Assembly (NCBI GenBank): GCA_963836755.1
Contig: CAWIKF010000002.1
Coordinates: 1,856,001-1,920,000 of the forward strand
DNA from: an uncultured Verrucomicrobiae bacterium
GTDB lineage: Bacteria > Verrucomicrobiota > Verrucomicrobiia > Chthoniobacterales > Chthoniobacteraceae
Direction: 5' to 3'
Length of the DNA: 64,000 nucleotides
Shown: positions 40,856 through 50,700 of the stretch, piece after piece
Layout: each line of letters begins with the position of its first letter
Position numbering within the stretch: the stretch's first letter is position 1
Notes under the pieces: generated by a model
The model's input: the letters and a program-made list of their open reading frames with translations, nothing else
The model's database searches: none
What the model was told of the DNA's origin: nothing
Translations under genes and position numbers: made by a program

Positions 40856-41862
40856 ATCGCGCGCGCTTCCAGCAGATCCTCGCGAACTTTGACGCCAAGC
40901 GAATTCTCGTGATCGGCGATTTGATTCTCGACGAATTTGTCTGGGGACGCGTCAGCCGGATTTCGCCCGAAGCGCCGGTGCCGGTCGTTGACGTCGAACG
41001 CGAAACTTACTATCCCGGCGGCGCAGCGAACGTCGCGCGCAACCTGCGGGAATTTTCGCAGAATGTTTCCGTCATGGGCCTCGTCGGCGATGACGCGCCC
41101 GCGGATCATTTGCAAAAATTGCTCGCGGGCGAGGGGATCAATCTCGAAGCGGTGCAGCGGGACGCGGCGCACCAGACGATCGTGAAAACGCGCATCATCG
41201 CGCGCCAGCAGCAGGTCGTCCGCGTCGATCGCGAAAAGAAAACGCGGCTCTCGTCGGTGCAAATGGAGCGCGCTTTGCAGCACCTTGAAATCGTGATGCC
41301 GAAGCTCGACGCGATCGTGCTCGAGGATTACGGCAAAGGGCTCATCGTCCAGGAATTTGCTGACGCGATCACGCAGCTCGCGCGGCGTGCCGGCAAAATT
41401 CTCGCCGTCGATCCGAACCCGCAGAACGTCCTGCAATGGCGCGGCACGACCGTCATGAAGCCAAACCTTTCCGAAGCCTTCGCCGCTGCGGGCCAGCCGC
41501 ATTCCGAACCGACCGAGCCGATTTCGAGCGACGAGCATCTTTTGCGCGTTGGCGAAAGTTTGTTAAACAAATGGCAACCAGAAAATCTTCTGCTCACGCT
41601 CGGCGAGCACGGCATGCTTTTGTTCCAACCGGGCGAAAAGCCTTTCCACACGCCGACGCGCGCGCGCGAAGTTTTCGACGTTTCCGGCGCGGGCGACACG
41701 GCGATCGCACTTTTCACGCTCGCTTTGTGCGCCGGCGCGACACCGGCAGAGGCTGCCGAAATTTCCAATCACGCGAGCGGAATCGTCGTCGGCAAACTCG
41801 GCACCGCGATCGTGACGCACGCGGAATTGTCCGCGAGCTTCGCACAACACGCCGATGCCTGA
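40852..41862 (+). CDS. rfaE1: D-glycero-beta-D-manno-heptose-7-phosphate kinase (RfaE domain I)
   Basis: RISPEAPVPV, GGAANVA, DYGKG, DVSGAGDT, VGKLGTA. Confidence 0.92.
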   Translation: MNRARFQQILANFDAKRILVIGDLILDEFVWGRVSRISPEAPVPVVDVERETYYPGGAANVARNLREFSQNVSVMGLVGDDAPADHLQKLLAGEGINLEAVQRDAAHQTIVKTRIIARQQQVVRVDREKKTRLSSVQMERALQHLEIVMPKLDAIVLEDYGKGLIVQEFADAITQLARRAGKILAVDPNPQNVLQWRGTTVMKPNLSEAFAAAGQPHSEPTEPISSDEHLLRVGESLLNKWQPENLLLTLGEHGMLLFQPGEKPFHTPTRAREVFDVSGAGDTAIALFTLALCAGATPAEAAEISNHASGIVVGKLGTAIVTHAELSASFAQHADA

Positions 41863-42382
41863 CGCAGCAGTTTTTTTTGACCGCGACGGGACGCTGATGG
41901 AGGAGGTCGATTACTGCGGCGATCCCGACAAAGTCCGCGTGCTGCCCGGCGCAGCCGATGCGCTCGATGCGCTCCACGCTGCCGGTTTTAAAAACGTGAT
42001 CATCACGAACCAAAGCGGCGTCGCGCGCGGCTTCATCACGCACGCGCAATATCATTCCGTCAACGAAGCGTTGCTCGCTCGAATCGGTGCGGGCAAAATT
42101 GACGCCGTTTATTTTTGCCCCGATTTTTCCGAGCGTCGCAAGCCGTCGCCCGCGATGGTTCTGGAAGCAGCGGACGATCTCGACCTCGATCTCGCGCGCT
42201 CCTTTTTCATCGGCGACAAAACTAGCGACATCGAGTGCGGGCGCGCCGCGGGCGTTCGCACGATTCTCGTCGAGACCGGCTACGGAAAAGCGCAATCGGA
42301 CGCGCGACCGGATTTCATCGCGAAAAATCTCGCCGACGCCGCACGCCACATTCTCGCGCAGACTCATGCCCAGCGCGCCTGA
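41855..42382 (+). CDS. gmhB: Heptose 1,7-bisphosphate phosphatase
   Basis: FDRDGT, ITNQSG, RKPSP, IGDKTSD. Confidence 0.9.
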   Translation: MPDAAVFFDRDGTLMEEVDYCGDPDKVRVLPGAADALDALHAAGFKNVIITNQSGVARGFITHAQYHSVNEALLARIGAGKIDAVYFCPDFSERRKPSPAMVLEAADDLDLDLARSFFIGDKTSDIECGRAAGVRTILVETGYGKAQSDARPDFIAKNLADAARHILAQTHAQRA

Positions 42383-43121
42383 AAAAGTTGCGGCCATTCT
42401 GCCAGCGCGCTGGGGCTCGACGCGATTTCCCGGCAAACCGCTCCACATCATCGCCGGCAAACCTTTACTCCAACACGTTTGGGAACGCTGCCTCCGCGCT
42501 CGCCGCCTCGCGCGCATCCTCATCGCCACGGACGACCACCGCATCGCGGACGCCGCGCGCGACTTTGGCGCCGAGGTTGTGATGACATCGGCGCGCCACC
42601 GCAGCGGCACGGATCGGGTCGCCGAAGCTGCGCGCAGGCTGCGCGGCATTTCGCATATTATAAATGTGCAGGGCGACGAACCGCTCATCGACCCGCGCCT
42701 CATCGATCGCATCGCCGACCTCCTTCTCGGCGAAAAGCCGGAGATGATTACAGCCGCAAATCTTTTTCCAACAGACGAACCACTCGATAATCCGAATGTA
42801 GTCAAAGTTGTCCTCGATCGTGATGGGAACGCGCTCTATTTCTCGCGCAGCCCGATCCCGCACGATCGCGACCGCGCGGACAAAGTTCGACATTACCGGC
42901 ATCAGGGAATTTACGGTTACTCCGCGAAATTCTTGCAGCGCTTCGTCGACTGGAAACCGACGCCGCTCGAATGCGCGGAGCAGCTCGAGCAACTTCGTGC
43001 GCTCGAGCATGGCGTGAAAATTCGTGTCCTGGTGACGAAGCACAGCAGCGCTGGCATCGACACTCCGGCCGATGCGGAACGGCTGGAAGCGCTGCTCCGT
43101 TGCGCGAGCGGGAACAAGTAA
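42366..43121 (+). CDS. kdsB: CMP-Kdo synthetase
   Basis: PARWGSTRFPGKPL, SGTDR, NVQGDEP, YFSRSPIP, EQLRAL. Confidence 0.96.
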   Translation: MPSAPEKVAAILPARWGSTRFPGKPLHIIAGKPLLQHVWERCLRARRLARILIATDDHRIADAARDFGAEVVMTSARHRSGTDRVAEAARRLRGISHIINVQGDEPLIDPRLIDRIADLLLGEKPEMITAANLFPTDEPLDNPNVVKVVLDRDGNALYFSRSPIPHDRDRADKVRHYRHQGIYGYSAKFLQRFVDWKPTPLECAEQLEQLRALEHGVKIRVLVTKHSSAGIDTPADAERLEALLRCASGNK

Positions 43122-43264
43122 AAGTCTGCCGGCGAAAGTTTTTCTCCGCCTCGCCGGGTGCGATTGGGCGCAGAGTTTGAACACCGGCCGCGCAGCGCTT
43201 GTTTAAATATTTTGTAAAACGGCGGTGACGAATCGCGCGTGGTCGTGCATCTTTTCCCGGCCGA

Positions 43265-46200
43265 ATGCGCAAATCTATTTCCTCGATGGAAAAACCGGAG
43301 CTTCTCGATGAGCGTGGATTCCACCGGGTGTTGCGCCGGGCGACGGTCGCGCTGTCGCTGGCCTTGAGCTTGCCGACGCTGGCGCTGCTCTCGCTGGTTT
43401 TGATCCTGCTGCACGCGGGCGAGCGCGTGAATCACACCGACGAGGTGATCGCGCAGGCGAACGTGCTCAATCAGCTTTTAGTCGAGATGCAGACGAGCTT
43501 CCGCGGCTATCGGCTCTCGAATGACGAGAGTTATCTCAAGCTTTTCGCGCAGGACCGGAGTTCGTTTATTCCGGCTGCGAACGGGCTCTCGATGCTGGTG
43601 GCGGACAATCCTCCCCAACTCGCGCAGGTGGCGAGATTCCGAGACGAGGCGAATGCGTGGTTCGCTTTCGTCGATGACGAGCTCGCGAAGGTGCGCGGAA
43701 ACGAGGCGCTGGTGCACAACCCGGAATTTCTGAAACGAGGCGTGCCGATTTTTAACACAGCGCAAACGCGCATGGATCAAATCGTCATCGAAGAGCGCAG
43801 GCTGCGGGCCTTGCGCGACAAGAATTTGGATGGCGTCGTCAATGCGCTGCTGTGGACGCTCGGCCTCGTCGCGCTCGCTGGAATTCCCGCGCTGGCGTTT
43901 GGGCTGCGGCGGCTGTTGCTGCGAGTGAGCGCGTCTTACCAAGCGAGCGTCGATGCGGCCGAGCTGCGCGCGCGCGAGCTGCGCGTGACGCTGAGCTCGA
44001 TCGGCGACGCGGTGGTCGCGACGGACGCGGAGGGGAAAGTTACTTTTTTAAATCCGGCTGCGGAGGGATTGATGGGATGGTCAAACGCGGAGGCAACAGG
44101 CCGGCCGCTGTCGGAAGTTTTCGACATCTTCAATCAGACGACGCGTGTGCCGGTGGAAAATCCGGTCGCGCGGGTGTTGCGGAAAAATGTCGTTGTCGGC
44201 CTCGCGAATCATACGGTGCTCCGCGCGCGGGACGGCCGCGAAGTGCCGATCGAGGATTCGGCGGCGCCAATCCGCAGCGACCGCGGCGAAGTGCTCGGCG
44301 TCATTCTTGTTTTTCACGATGTCACGGAAAGGCGCGAGATCGAGCGGAAGCTGCACGAGGGCGCGCTCCTTTCGACGCTGCGCGCAGATGTCGCGGGGCA
44401 ATTCGATCTCGGCAGTCCGCTCGACAAGACGCTGCAAGGTTGTTGCGAAATTCTGGTGCGGCATCTCGATGTGGCATTCGCGCGCATCTGGACGCTCGAT
44501 GCGGAGGGCGAGACCCTTATTTTAAAAGCGAGCGCCGGCCTCTACACGCATCTTGACGGGCCGCACGCGCGCGTGCCGGTGGGAAAATTTAAAATCGGCC
44601 GCATCGCGCAAAACCGTCAGCCGCATTTGACGAACGACGTGGCGCACGATCCGAACATCAGTGATCCGGAGTGGGCGCGGCGCGAGGGGATGGTGGCCTT
44701 TGCCGGTTACCCGCTGCTCGTCGAGGGGCGGCTGGCGGGTGTGCTGGCGGTTTTCGCGCGACACACATTGTCGGACGCGGTGCTGGGCGACCTCGCGCCG
44801 ATCTCGGATGCAATCGCGCAACACATCGAGCGCAAGCGCGCCGAGGCTGCGCTGCACGCGAACGAAGTTTTGAAAACCGCCGTTCTCGACACTTCGCTCG
44901 ACGGTTTCATCCTGATGAATCACGAGGGCCGCATCCAGGACTGGAACGCAGCGGCGGAGCGGATCTTCGGCGCGACGCGAGCGGAGGTCGCCGGAGAATT
45001 TCTCAGCGAAACGATCGTGCCGGAAAATTTGCGCGAGGCGCATCAGCGTGGATTGGCGCGCTACCTCGCCACGCGCGAGGGGCAGATTCTCGGGCGCCGT
45101 CTGGAGCTTCCGGCGCTGCGTGCGGATGGGAAGGAGTTCCCGTGCGAGCTTTCCATCACGCACATCCCCGGCACCGAGCCGCCGCTTTTCGCCGGCTACG
45201 TGCGCGACATCACCGACCGGAAGGAAAATGAAATGGCGCTTCGCGCGGCGACTGAGCAGGCCGAGGCCGCGGCGCGGGCGGTGGCCGAATCGGCGGACCG
45301 CTTCCGCCTCCTCTCGGAAGTCGTCTCGCTGCAAGTCTGGACCGCGCGGCCCGATGGTGAACTCGATTTTACCAACACCGAATGCCGCGCGTATTTCGGC
45401 GTCGTCGCCGACGAGGAGATTCTCGGGAACGGGTGGACGCAATTCGTGCATCCCGACGATCTGCCGACGGTGGCGGAGATGTGGCAAAAGTGTCTCCCGA
45501 CCGGCGACAGCTACGAGGTGGAATTTCGGCTGCGCGATCGCGACGGCGTCTATCGCTGGTTCCTTGGCCGCGCCGAGGCGATGCGGGACGGCGACGGCCG
45601 CATCGCGAAATGGTTCGGCACGAACACCGACATCCACGATCTCAAAATGGCGCAGGGGGAAGCGGAGCGGGCCAGTCGCGCGAAAGATGATTTCCTCGCC
45701 GTCCTCTCCCACGAGCTGCGCACGCCTTTGACGCCGGTTTTGCTCACGGCCGCCGCGCTGCGCGAGGACGACCGCCTGCCTCTCGACGTGCGCGAACAGC
45801 TCGGCATGATGGAACGCAACATCGGCCTTGAGGCGCGTCTCATCGATGATTTGCTCGACCTCACGCGCATCGCAAAGGGGAAACTGCCGCTGCGCCAGCA
45901 GCTCTGCGATACGCACTCGCTCATCGGGCTCGCGATCGAGATCGTGCGCGACGAAGCGCAAACGAAAGGGATTTTTCTCGACCGAAGATTCGATGCCCAG
46001 CACAGCGGGCTCTTCGTCGACCCCTCGCGCTTGCAGCAGGTGATGTGGAATTTGCTGCGCAACGCCGTCAAATTCACCCCGCGAGGCGGACGCGTCACGA
46101 TTCGCACGCGCGACCTTCAGCGTGAAGACGGCGCGGAATGGCTTTCGATCGAAGTGCGCGACTCCGGCATCGGGATCGAACCCGATGCCCTCGAGCGAAT

Positions 46201-46822
46201 CTTCCAGCCATTCGAGCAGGCGCAATTGACCGGCGACCACCGCTTCGGCGGCATCGGCCTTGGCCTCGCCATCGCGCGAGCCATCGTCGATTTGCACGGC
46301 GGCACCATCCGCGCCGAAAGCGAAGGGGCGGACCGCGGCTCGGTTTTCATCGTGACACTCCCCGGCGCAACCACGCCGCCGGCCGGAATCGAGCTGCCGG
46401 ACACTGCCGATCTCTTTTTGCACGGTATCGCTCCAGCCGAGCCCGCGCCCGCGATGCCGTCGCTGCGCTTGATGCTCGTCGAGGATCACGAGGCGACGCT
46501 GCAAGTGCTCACCCGACTGCTCACCCGCGCGGGGCATCAAGTTTTCACCAGCAATTCCGTGGCGGGCGCGCTCGCTGTGGCGGCTACGAAAAAAATCGAC
46601 CTCGTCATCAGCGACCTCGGCCTGCCCGATGGCACCGGCAACGATCTGATGGAGCAGCTTCGCGACCGGCATCAATTGAGCGGCATCGCCCTGACCGGCT
46701 ATGGAATGGAAGAAGATCTGGAGCGCTCGCGGCAGGCGGGATTTTTCACCCATCTCATCAAGCCGGTCGACTTTAACCAGCTCCGCCGCGCCGTCGCGGC
46801 ATTCAGAGTCGATCGGGAGTGA
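43265..46822 (+). CDS. Hybrid sensor histidine kinase (CHASE3-PAS-GAF-PAS-PAS-HisKA-HATPase-REC)
   Basis: Two TMs flanking a CHASE3-like region; SHELRTPL, NAVKFT, DSGIG, GIGLGL; receiver SDLGLPDGTG/KP. Confidence 0.93.
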   Translation: MRKSISSMEKPELLDERGFHRVLRRATVALSLALSLPTLALLSLVLILLHAGERVNHTDEVIAQANVLNQLLVEMQTSFRGYRLSNDESYLKLFAQDRSSFIPAANGLSMLVADNPPQLAQVARFRDEANAWFAFVDDELAKVRGNEALVHNPEFLKRGVPIFNTAQTRMDQIVIEERRLRALRDKNLDGVVNALLWTLGLVALAGIPALAFGLRRLLLRVSASYQASVDAAELRARELRVTLSSIGDAVVATDAEGKVTFLNPAAEGLMGWSNAEATGRPLSEVFDIFNQTTRVPVENPVARVLRKNVVVGLANHTVLRARDGREVPIEDSAAPIRSDRGEVLGVILVFHDVTERREIERKLHEGALLSTLRADVAGQFDLGSPLDKTLQGCCEILVRHLDVAFARIWTLDAEGETLILKASAGLYTHLDGPHARVPVGKFKIGRIAQNRQPHLTNDVAHDPNISDPEWARREGMVAFAGYPLLVEGRLAGVLAVFARHTLSDAVLGDLAPISDAIAQHIERKRAEAALHANEVLKTAVLDTSLDGFILMNHEGRIQDWNAAAERIFGATRAEVAGEFLSETIVPENLREAHQRGLARYLATREGQILGRRLELPALRADGKEFPCELSITHIPGTEPPLFAGYVRDITDRKENEMALRAATEQAEAAARAVAESADRFRLLSEVVSLQVWTARPDGELDFTNTECRAYFGVVADEEILGNGWTQFVHPDDLPTVAEMWQKCLPTGDSYEVEFRLRDRDGVYRWFLGRAEAMRDGDGRIAKWFGTNTDIHDLKMAQGEAERASRAKDDFLAVLSHELRTPLTPVLLTAAALREDDRLPLDVREQLGMMERNIGLEARLIDDLLDLTRIAKGKLPLRQQLCDTHSLIGLAIEIVRDEAQTKGIFLDRRFDAQHSGLFVDPSRLQQVMWNLLRNAVKFTPRGGRVTIRTRDLQREDGAEWLSIEVRDSGIGIEPDALERIFQPFEQAQLTGDHRFGGIGLGLAIARAIVDLHGGTIRAESEGADRGSVFIVTLPGATTPPAGIELPDTADLFLHGIAPAEPAPAMPSLRLMLVEDHEATLQVLTRLLTRAGHQVFTSNSVAGALAVAATKKIDLVISDLGLPDGTGNDLMEQLRDRHQLSGIALTGYGMEEDLERSRQAGFFTHLIKPVDFNQLRRAVAAFRVDRE

Positions 46823-46900
46823 CGCGCTCGACGGACTTTCGTCGGCGATCCCAAACCTTCGGGCTTCCTACGCAGGGCTTCGCACGCCCGAAATAATTCG

Positions 46901-47608
46901 CTATCCGCGGACCAGCACCGTCTGGATCCCACTCGGCTGGCCCACCGGCGTGTCCTTCGCACAAGCCTGACCCTGGATTTCCCACTCCTCCGGCTGGCCG
47001 GGCGTGGTGATCGGGATGTGCAGCGACGCTGGCGTCGCCATGAACCGGCCGAGATTGATCCATGTGCCCGTGCCCGCTTTGCGCCCATGAAACTCCATCG
47101 CGGCAACATTGCCGCCGGCCTTGCGAAATTTCGCGCTCACCGTCGCTGTGGCCGTGCAGGTCACGCCGCTGACCACCGCGACGTAGCTGGCGGGATCAAA
47201 GCCGCTGCCCGTTCCTTCAGTCCGCAGCGTATTCCCCTGCACTTCGGGATTGTAGCTTGTCGAGCTTTTCACCGCCTGCACCCATTTTTCGCGGCGCGCC
47301 TCGATCCCGCCGAGCACTGCGTCGGGCGAGGTCGGCAACGTCGGCATCGCGGGAAAGACCGGCGCGGCCCCGTCAATTGCCCCGTCGAGATACGCGTGGA
47401 TGTAGCCGGTGATGCTCATCACGAACCCGGCGTAGATATTCGGCAACGTGCGGTAGAGATAGACCGCCATGGCGGCATCGGCGAGGATCGAGGTGATCTG
47501 CGCGGCGGGAATTCCGCAGGCCGCGAGCGTGGTCCCGTTATCGGAGATGATGTTGGCCCACCATTCAGCGCGGCCGTCGTTGGTTTGTGGATAGTAGCGG
47601 TTTGCCAT
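46901..47608 (-). CDS. Uncharacterised protein: helical N-terminus plus FN3/Ig-like C-terminus
   Basis: MANRYYP start after an A-rich leader; C-terminal beta pattern ...PEEWEIQG...VGQPS. Confidence 0.75.
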   Translation of the reverse strand: MANRYYPQTNDGRAEWWANIISDNGTTLAACGIPAAQITSILADAAMAVYLYRTLPNIYAGFVMSITGYIHAYLDGAIDGAAPVFPAMPTLPTSPDAVLGGIEARREKWVQAVKSSTSYNPEVQGNTLRTEGTGSGFDPASYVAVVSGVTCTATATVSAKFRKAGGNVAAMEFHGRKAGTGTWINLGRFMATPASLHIPITTPGQPEEWEIQGQACAKDTPVGQPSGIQTVLVRG

Positions 47609-47697
47609 AGCTTGTTTTTGTTGGGTTGGAGCCGTCCCACCATGGGGCGGCTTTGGACGGATTCTGATCTTCGGCCGAGCGTTGTCGAAATATTTAG

Positions 47698-47715
47698 TGT
47701 TACGATTTCGTAACA
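47698..47715. promoter_or_regulatory. Perfect 8-2-8 operator-like palindrome
   Basis: TGTTACGA-TT-TCGTAACA, 90 bp upstream of the 46901-47608 gene. Confidence 0.6.
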
Positions 47716-47757
47716 AACGCCCGGCGCTTCCCGCCCGCCAGCGTCAGTCCAGGCCGA

Positions 47758-48008
47758 AAAATCCAAGGAGTGCCGGCGAAAATCCCAGGATTGGCGGCAA
47801 AAATCCTAGACTGGACGCCGAAAATCCTACGCTGGACGGCAAAAATCCCGCGTTGCTTCGCGAAAATCCTAGGTTGGCGGCAAAAATCCTAGGATGGATG
47901 CAGAAAATCCCAGGATGAATTGAGAAAATCCTGGGATGGATCGAGAAAATCCTAGGACTGGCGGCGAAAATCCCAGGTTGGAAGGAGAAAATCCCAGGAT
48001 TTTCGCGG
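47758..48008. repeat. Degenerate 21-bp tandem array 3 (12 units)
   Basis: AAAATCCYAGG core at 47758, 47779, 47800, 47821, 47842, 47863, 47883, 47904, 47925, 47946, 47967, 47988; one unit is 20 bp. Confidence 0.92.
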
Positions 48009-48310
48009 CCAGTCCTGCGCATTTCCTCTGTAGAGCGGTCGCGAAATCCATTTTGTGACCCTTGGGATGAGGCCGGTTCCCACCGGAAGAGGGCCACGGA
48101 GTCTGTTCCATCGAGATGCGGCTCACCGGGTTCCATAGCCCCAGTCCCACCCGAGCCAGCGCACTCCGTTGGCCCGAAAACCTAGGATTCCGACGACCCA
48201 TTCGCGAATAGTCACAATAAAAACACAAAACGACACACGAAACTGATGGAATTATTATTTGACCCCACTATTTTACCGCAGCCGAAAGGCTCCTCCACCT
48301 CCAAAACCAA

Positions 48311-50563
48311 ATGAAATACAAGCAATCCTTCGCACTCAAGCTCCGCAACCGTTTCCCCATCGTCGCCGCCACGGCCACTTTGCTCGCCGTCCACTCCGCG
48401 CAGGCGATCGCCCCGACAAACACTGAGGACGACGTCATCAATGGTCAGACGGATTTGACGCTGGATGCCACATACACCGGCGGCCTGCCCGGGACTTCGA
48501 GCGATGTCACCTTTACGGCGCAGTCATACAATCCGGCGACCTTCACTGTTCCTACAGATCTCAGCATCGGCACGCTGAATGACCTGGCCACGAACTCCCT
48601 GACCATACAAGCCGGCGCGGGTAATACGAGCACGCTGACTCTCAATGGTGGCTCCAATACAGTGGGCGCCGACCCAGCCGATCTGATTTATGTAAAAAAC
48701 AACGTCGCCTTTACCGTCGGCACCACGGGCACCACAAATGGCACGCTCAAACTGTTTTTGGCAAACGGAGGCAACATCGATATCGCTGCCAATACGACCA
48801 CGATCAACTCCGTCATCTCCGACAACGGCGGCGGCTTTACAAAGACCGGCGCCGGAACGCTCAAGTTGACTGCAGCGAATACCTACACAGGCGCGACCGC
48901 GATCAACGTCGGCACCCTGAACCTGACCGGCAGCATTCTCAACAGTGCCGTCACCGTGAACACTGGTGCTACTCTTTTATTTACCAGCAACAATAACGAG
49001 AGCGCCTTCGTCACGGGAGGCATTGCCGGGCAGGGCGGAGTAACTTTCAACTACGGTAATCCGAGCAGTGTTTTTACCTTGAATGAAGCCAACACCTACA
49101 CAGGCACGACGACTTTCCAGAGTCGTGGCGTGGTTAAGGCCAACGTAGCCACGGTTTATAGTGGAGGCGCGCCCGTCAGTGGCGCGCTTGGCGTGAACTC
49201 GATGCTGAGCTTTGTCAATGGTTCCTCGGGCGAGACCGTTATCCTCAATGGAAAAAGCCAGCAGGTCGGTGCGCTGATTGGCGGCCAAAGCGGAAATGGC
49301 ATCGTGCTTAACGGTGCAAACTTAACGATCGGCGGTGCTGATGAGAGTGGCTCGTTTTCGGGCCAAATCACTGGCGGCCTGATTCCCGGGGGTGCGACCG
49401 GGACGCACTATAACGGTCTTGGCAGTAGCGCGAATGTAGGCGGGAATCTTATCAAGATTGGCTCGGGCGTTCAGACTCTGACTAATTCGAACTTCTACGT
49501 CGGATCGACGACGATCAGCGGTGGCACCCTCTCAATCAGCAGTATCGCCGATGGCGGCTTTGCGACGACCTTGACCTCAACCACTGCGTCAGGTGGAACG
49601 GTGCTGAACGTGGCAGATCCTACCGGCATCACCGCCGGCCAGAACGTCGTGGGGTCGGGAGGTATTCAAGGCCAGAAAGTTTCTTCCGTCTCAGGCAACG
49701 CGGTTACTTTGAACGGGGGCCTCACGGATCAAGCGGCAAATAGTGGCACAGCTGTCTACTTCGGAACTGGAAACGGCCTCGGTATTTCCACGAACGCGGC
49801 ATCGAACCTCGTCCTCGACGGCGGCACCCTGCAATACAAGGGCACCACGGTCGGCAGCACGGATCGTCTCTTTCAGATCGGCCAAAGCGGCGACGCAGGC
49901 GCGGTAACCGCCACGATCGATTCATCCAGCACTTCCAGCACGAACACGCTCAGCTTCACCAACACAGGCGCGGTGACATACGGAAACATTGGTCAGGCCG
50001 ATAACCTGACTTTAACCGGCAGCAACACGGGAGCTAACACGTTAGCTCCGAGCATCGGTGACAACGGCGCCGGCGCAGTTAGCGTGGCGAAGACCGGCGT
50101 CGGTTCCTGGACGGTCACCAACACGAACACCTACACGGGTGGAACCACCGTATCGCTCGGCAATCTTTCAACTAGCTCCACCGGCACTCTGGGAAATGGA
50201 AACGTTGCGGTCGCGGATACCGCCGGGACGGTTCTGACCTTGCAGAACACCGCGTCGATCGGCAGTTCGGCGATCCTCAGCTTCGGCACGAATTCCGTGA
50301 TCAACATGAACTTTACCGGCGATGATACGCTCGCGGGGATCACTGACACGACCACCTCGCAGATGATCACACCCGGCACTTACACCGCAGCGCAACTCGA
50401 CAGCTTCTTCGGCGTCAGCTCCTTCGCGACCAGCAATGGCGATCCGACGTCCGCAACGTTCACAGTTGTCCCCGAGCCCGGCACATGGGCGATGCTGCTC
50501 GGTGGCTTCGGCACATTGGTCGTCTTCCAGCGCGCGCGCCGGCGGAAATCGCTTCTCGCGTAG
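48311..50563 (+). CDS. PEP-CTERM surface protein with autotransporter-associated beta-strand repeats
   Basis: Signal peptide, KTGAGTLKLTAANTYTGAT-type repeats, VPEPGTW-TM-RARRRK tail. Confidence 0.92.
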   Translation: MKYKQSFALKLRNRFPIVAATATLLAVHSAQAIAPTNTEDDVINGQTDLTLDATYTGGLPGTSSDVTFTAQSYNPATFTVPTDLSIGTLNDLATNSLTIQAGAGNTSTLTLNGGSNTVGADPADLIYVKNNVAFTVGTTGTTNGTLKLFLANGGNIDIAANTTTINSVISDNGGGFTKTGAGTLKLTAANTYTGATAINVGTLNLTGSILNSAVTVNTGATLLFTSNNNESAFVTGGIAGQGGVTFNYGNPSSVFTLNEANTYTGTTTFQSRGVVKANVATVYSGGAPVSGALGVNSMLSFVNGSSGETVILNGKSQQVGALIGGQSGNGIVLNGANLTIGGADESGSFSGQITGGLIPGGATGTHYNGLGSSANVGGNLIKIGSGVQTLTNSNFYVGSTTISGGTLSISSIADGGFATTLTSTTASGGTVLNVADPTGITAGQNVVGSGGIQGQKVSSVSGNAVTLNGGLTDQAANSGTAVYFGTGNGLGISTNAASNLVLDGGTLQYKGTTVGSTDRLFQIGQSGDAGAVTATIDSSSTSSTNTLSFTNTGAVTYGNIGQADNLTLTGSNTGANTLAPSIGDNGAGAVSVAKTGVGSWTVTNTNTYTGGTTVSLGNLSTSSTGTLGNGNVAVADTAGTVLTLQNTASIGSSAILSFGTNSVINMNFTGDDTLAGITDTTTSQMITPGTYTAAQLDSFFGVSSFATSNGDPTSATFTVVPEPGTWAMLLGGFGTLVVFQRARRRKSLLA

Positions 50564-50700
50564 AAGAAGCACGTCGCGGGAAACGTCGGAAACCTCTCCG
50601 TCGCCACTGGCGTCAAAGTAGAGGCTGCGCCCTGATTGGCATCACGCCGATCATTCGCGATTGGCGCAGGTAGAATCGCTTTCCTGGCGACTCCCTCGTC

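Noticed and set aside
44522..46753. 743-aa antisense ORF
   Set aside because: Shadow of the histidine kinase on the opposite strand, typical of high-GC DNA; no motifs
47758..48008. Array 3 (and arrays 1 and 2) as CRISPR arrays
   Set aside because: Period is only 21 bp with ~10-bp variable parts, the repeats are degenerate, and no cas genes are in the window
47682..48228. ORFs running through array 3
   Set aside because: A 20-bp unit shifts the repeat frame, starts are poor, and the peptides merely translate the repeat
48010..48310. Riboswitch upstream of the PEP-CTERM gene
   Set aside because: Only short hairpins (e.g. agccgaaaggct); no known aptamer consensus recognised
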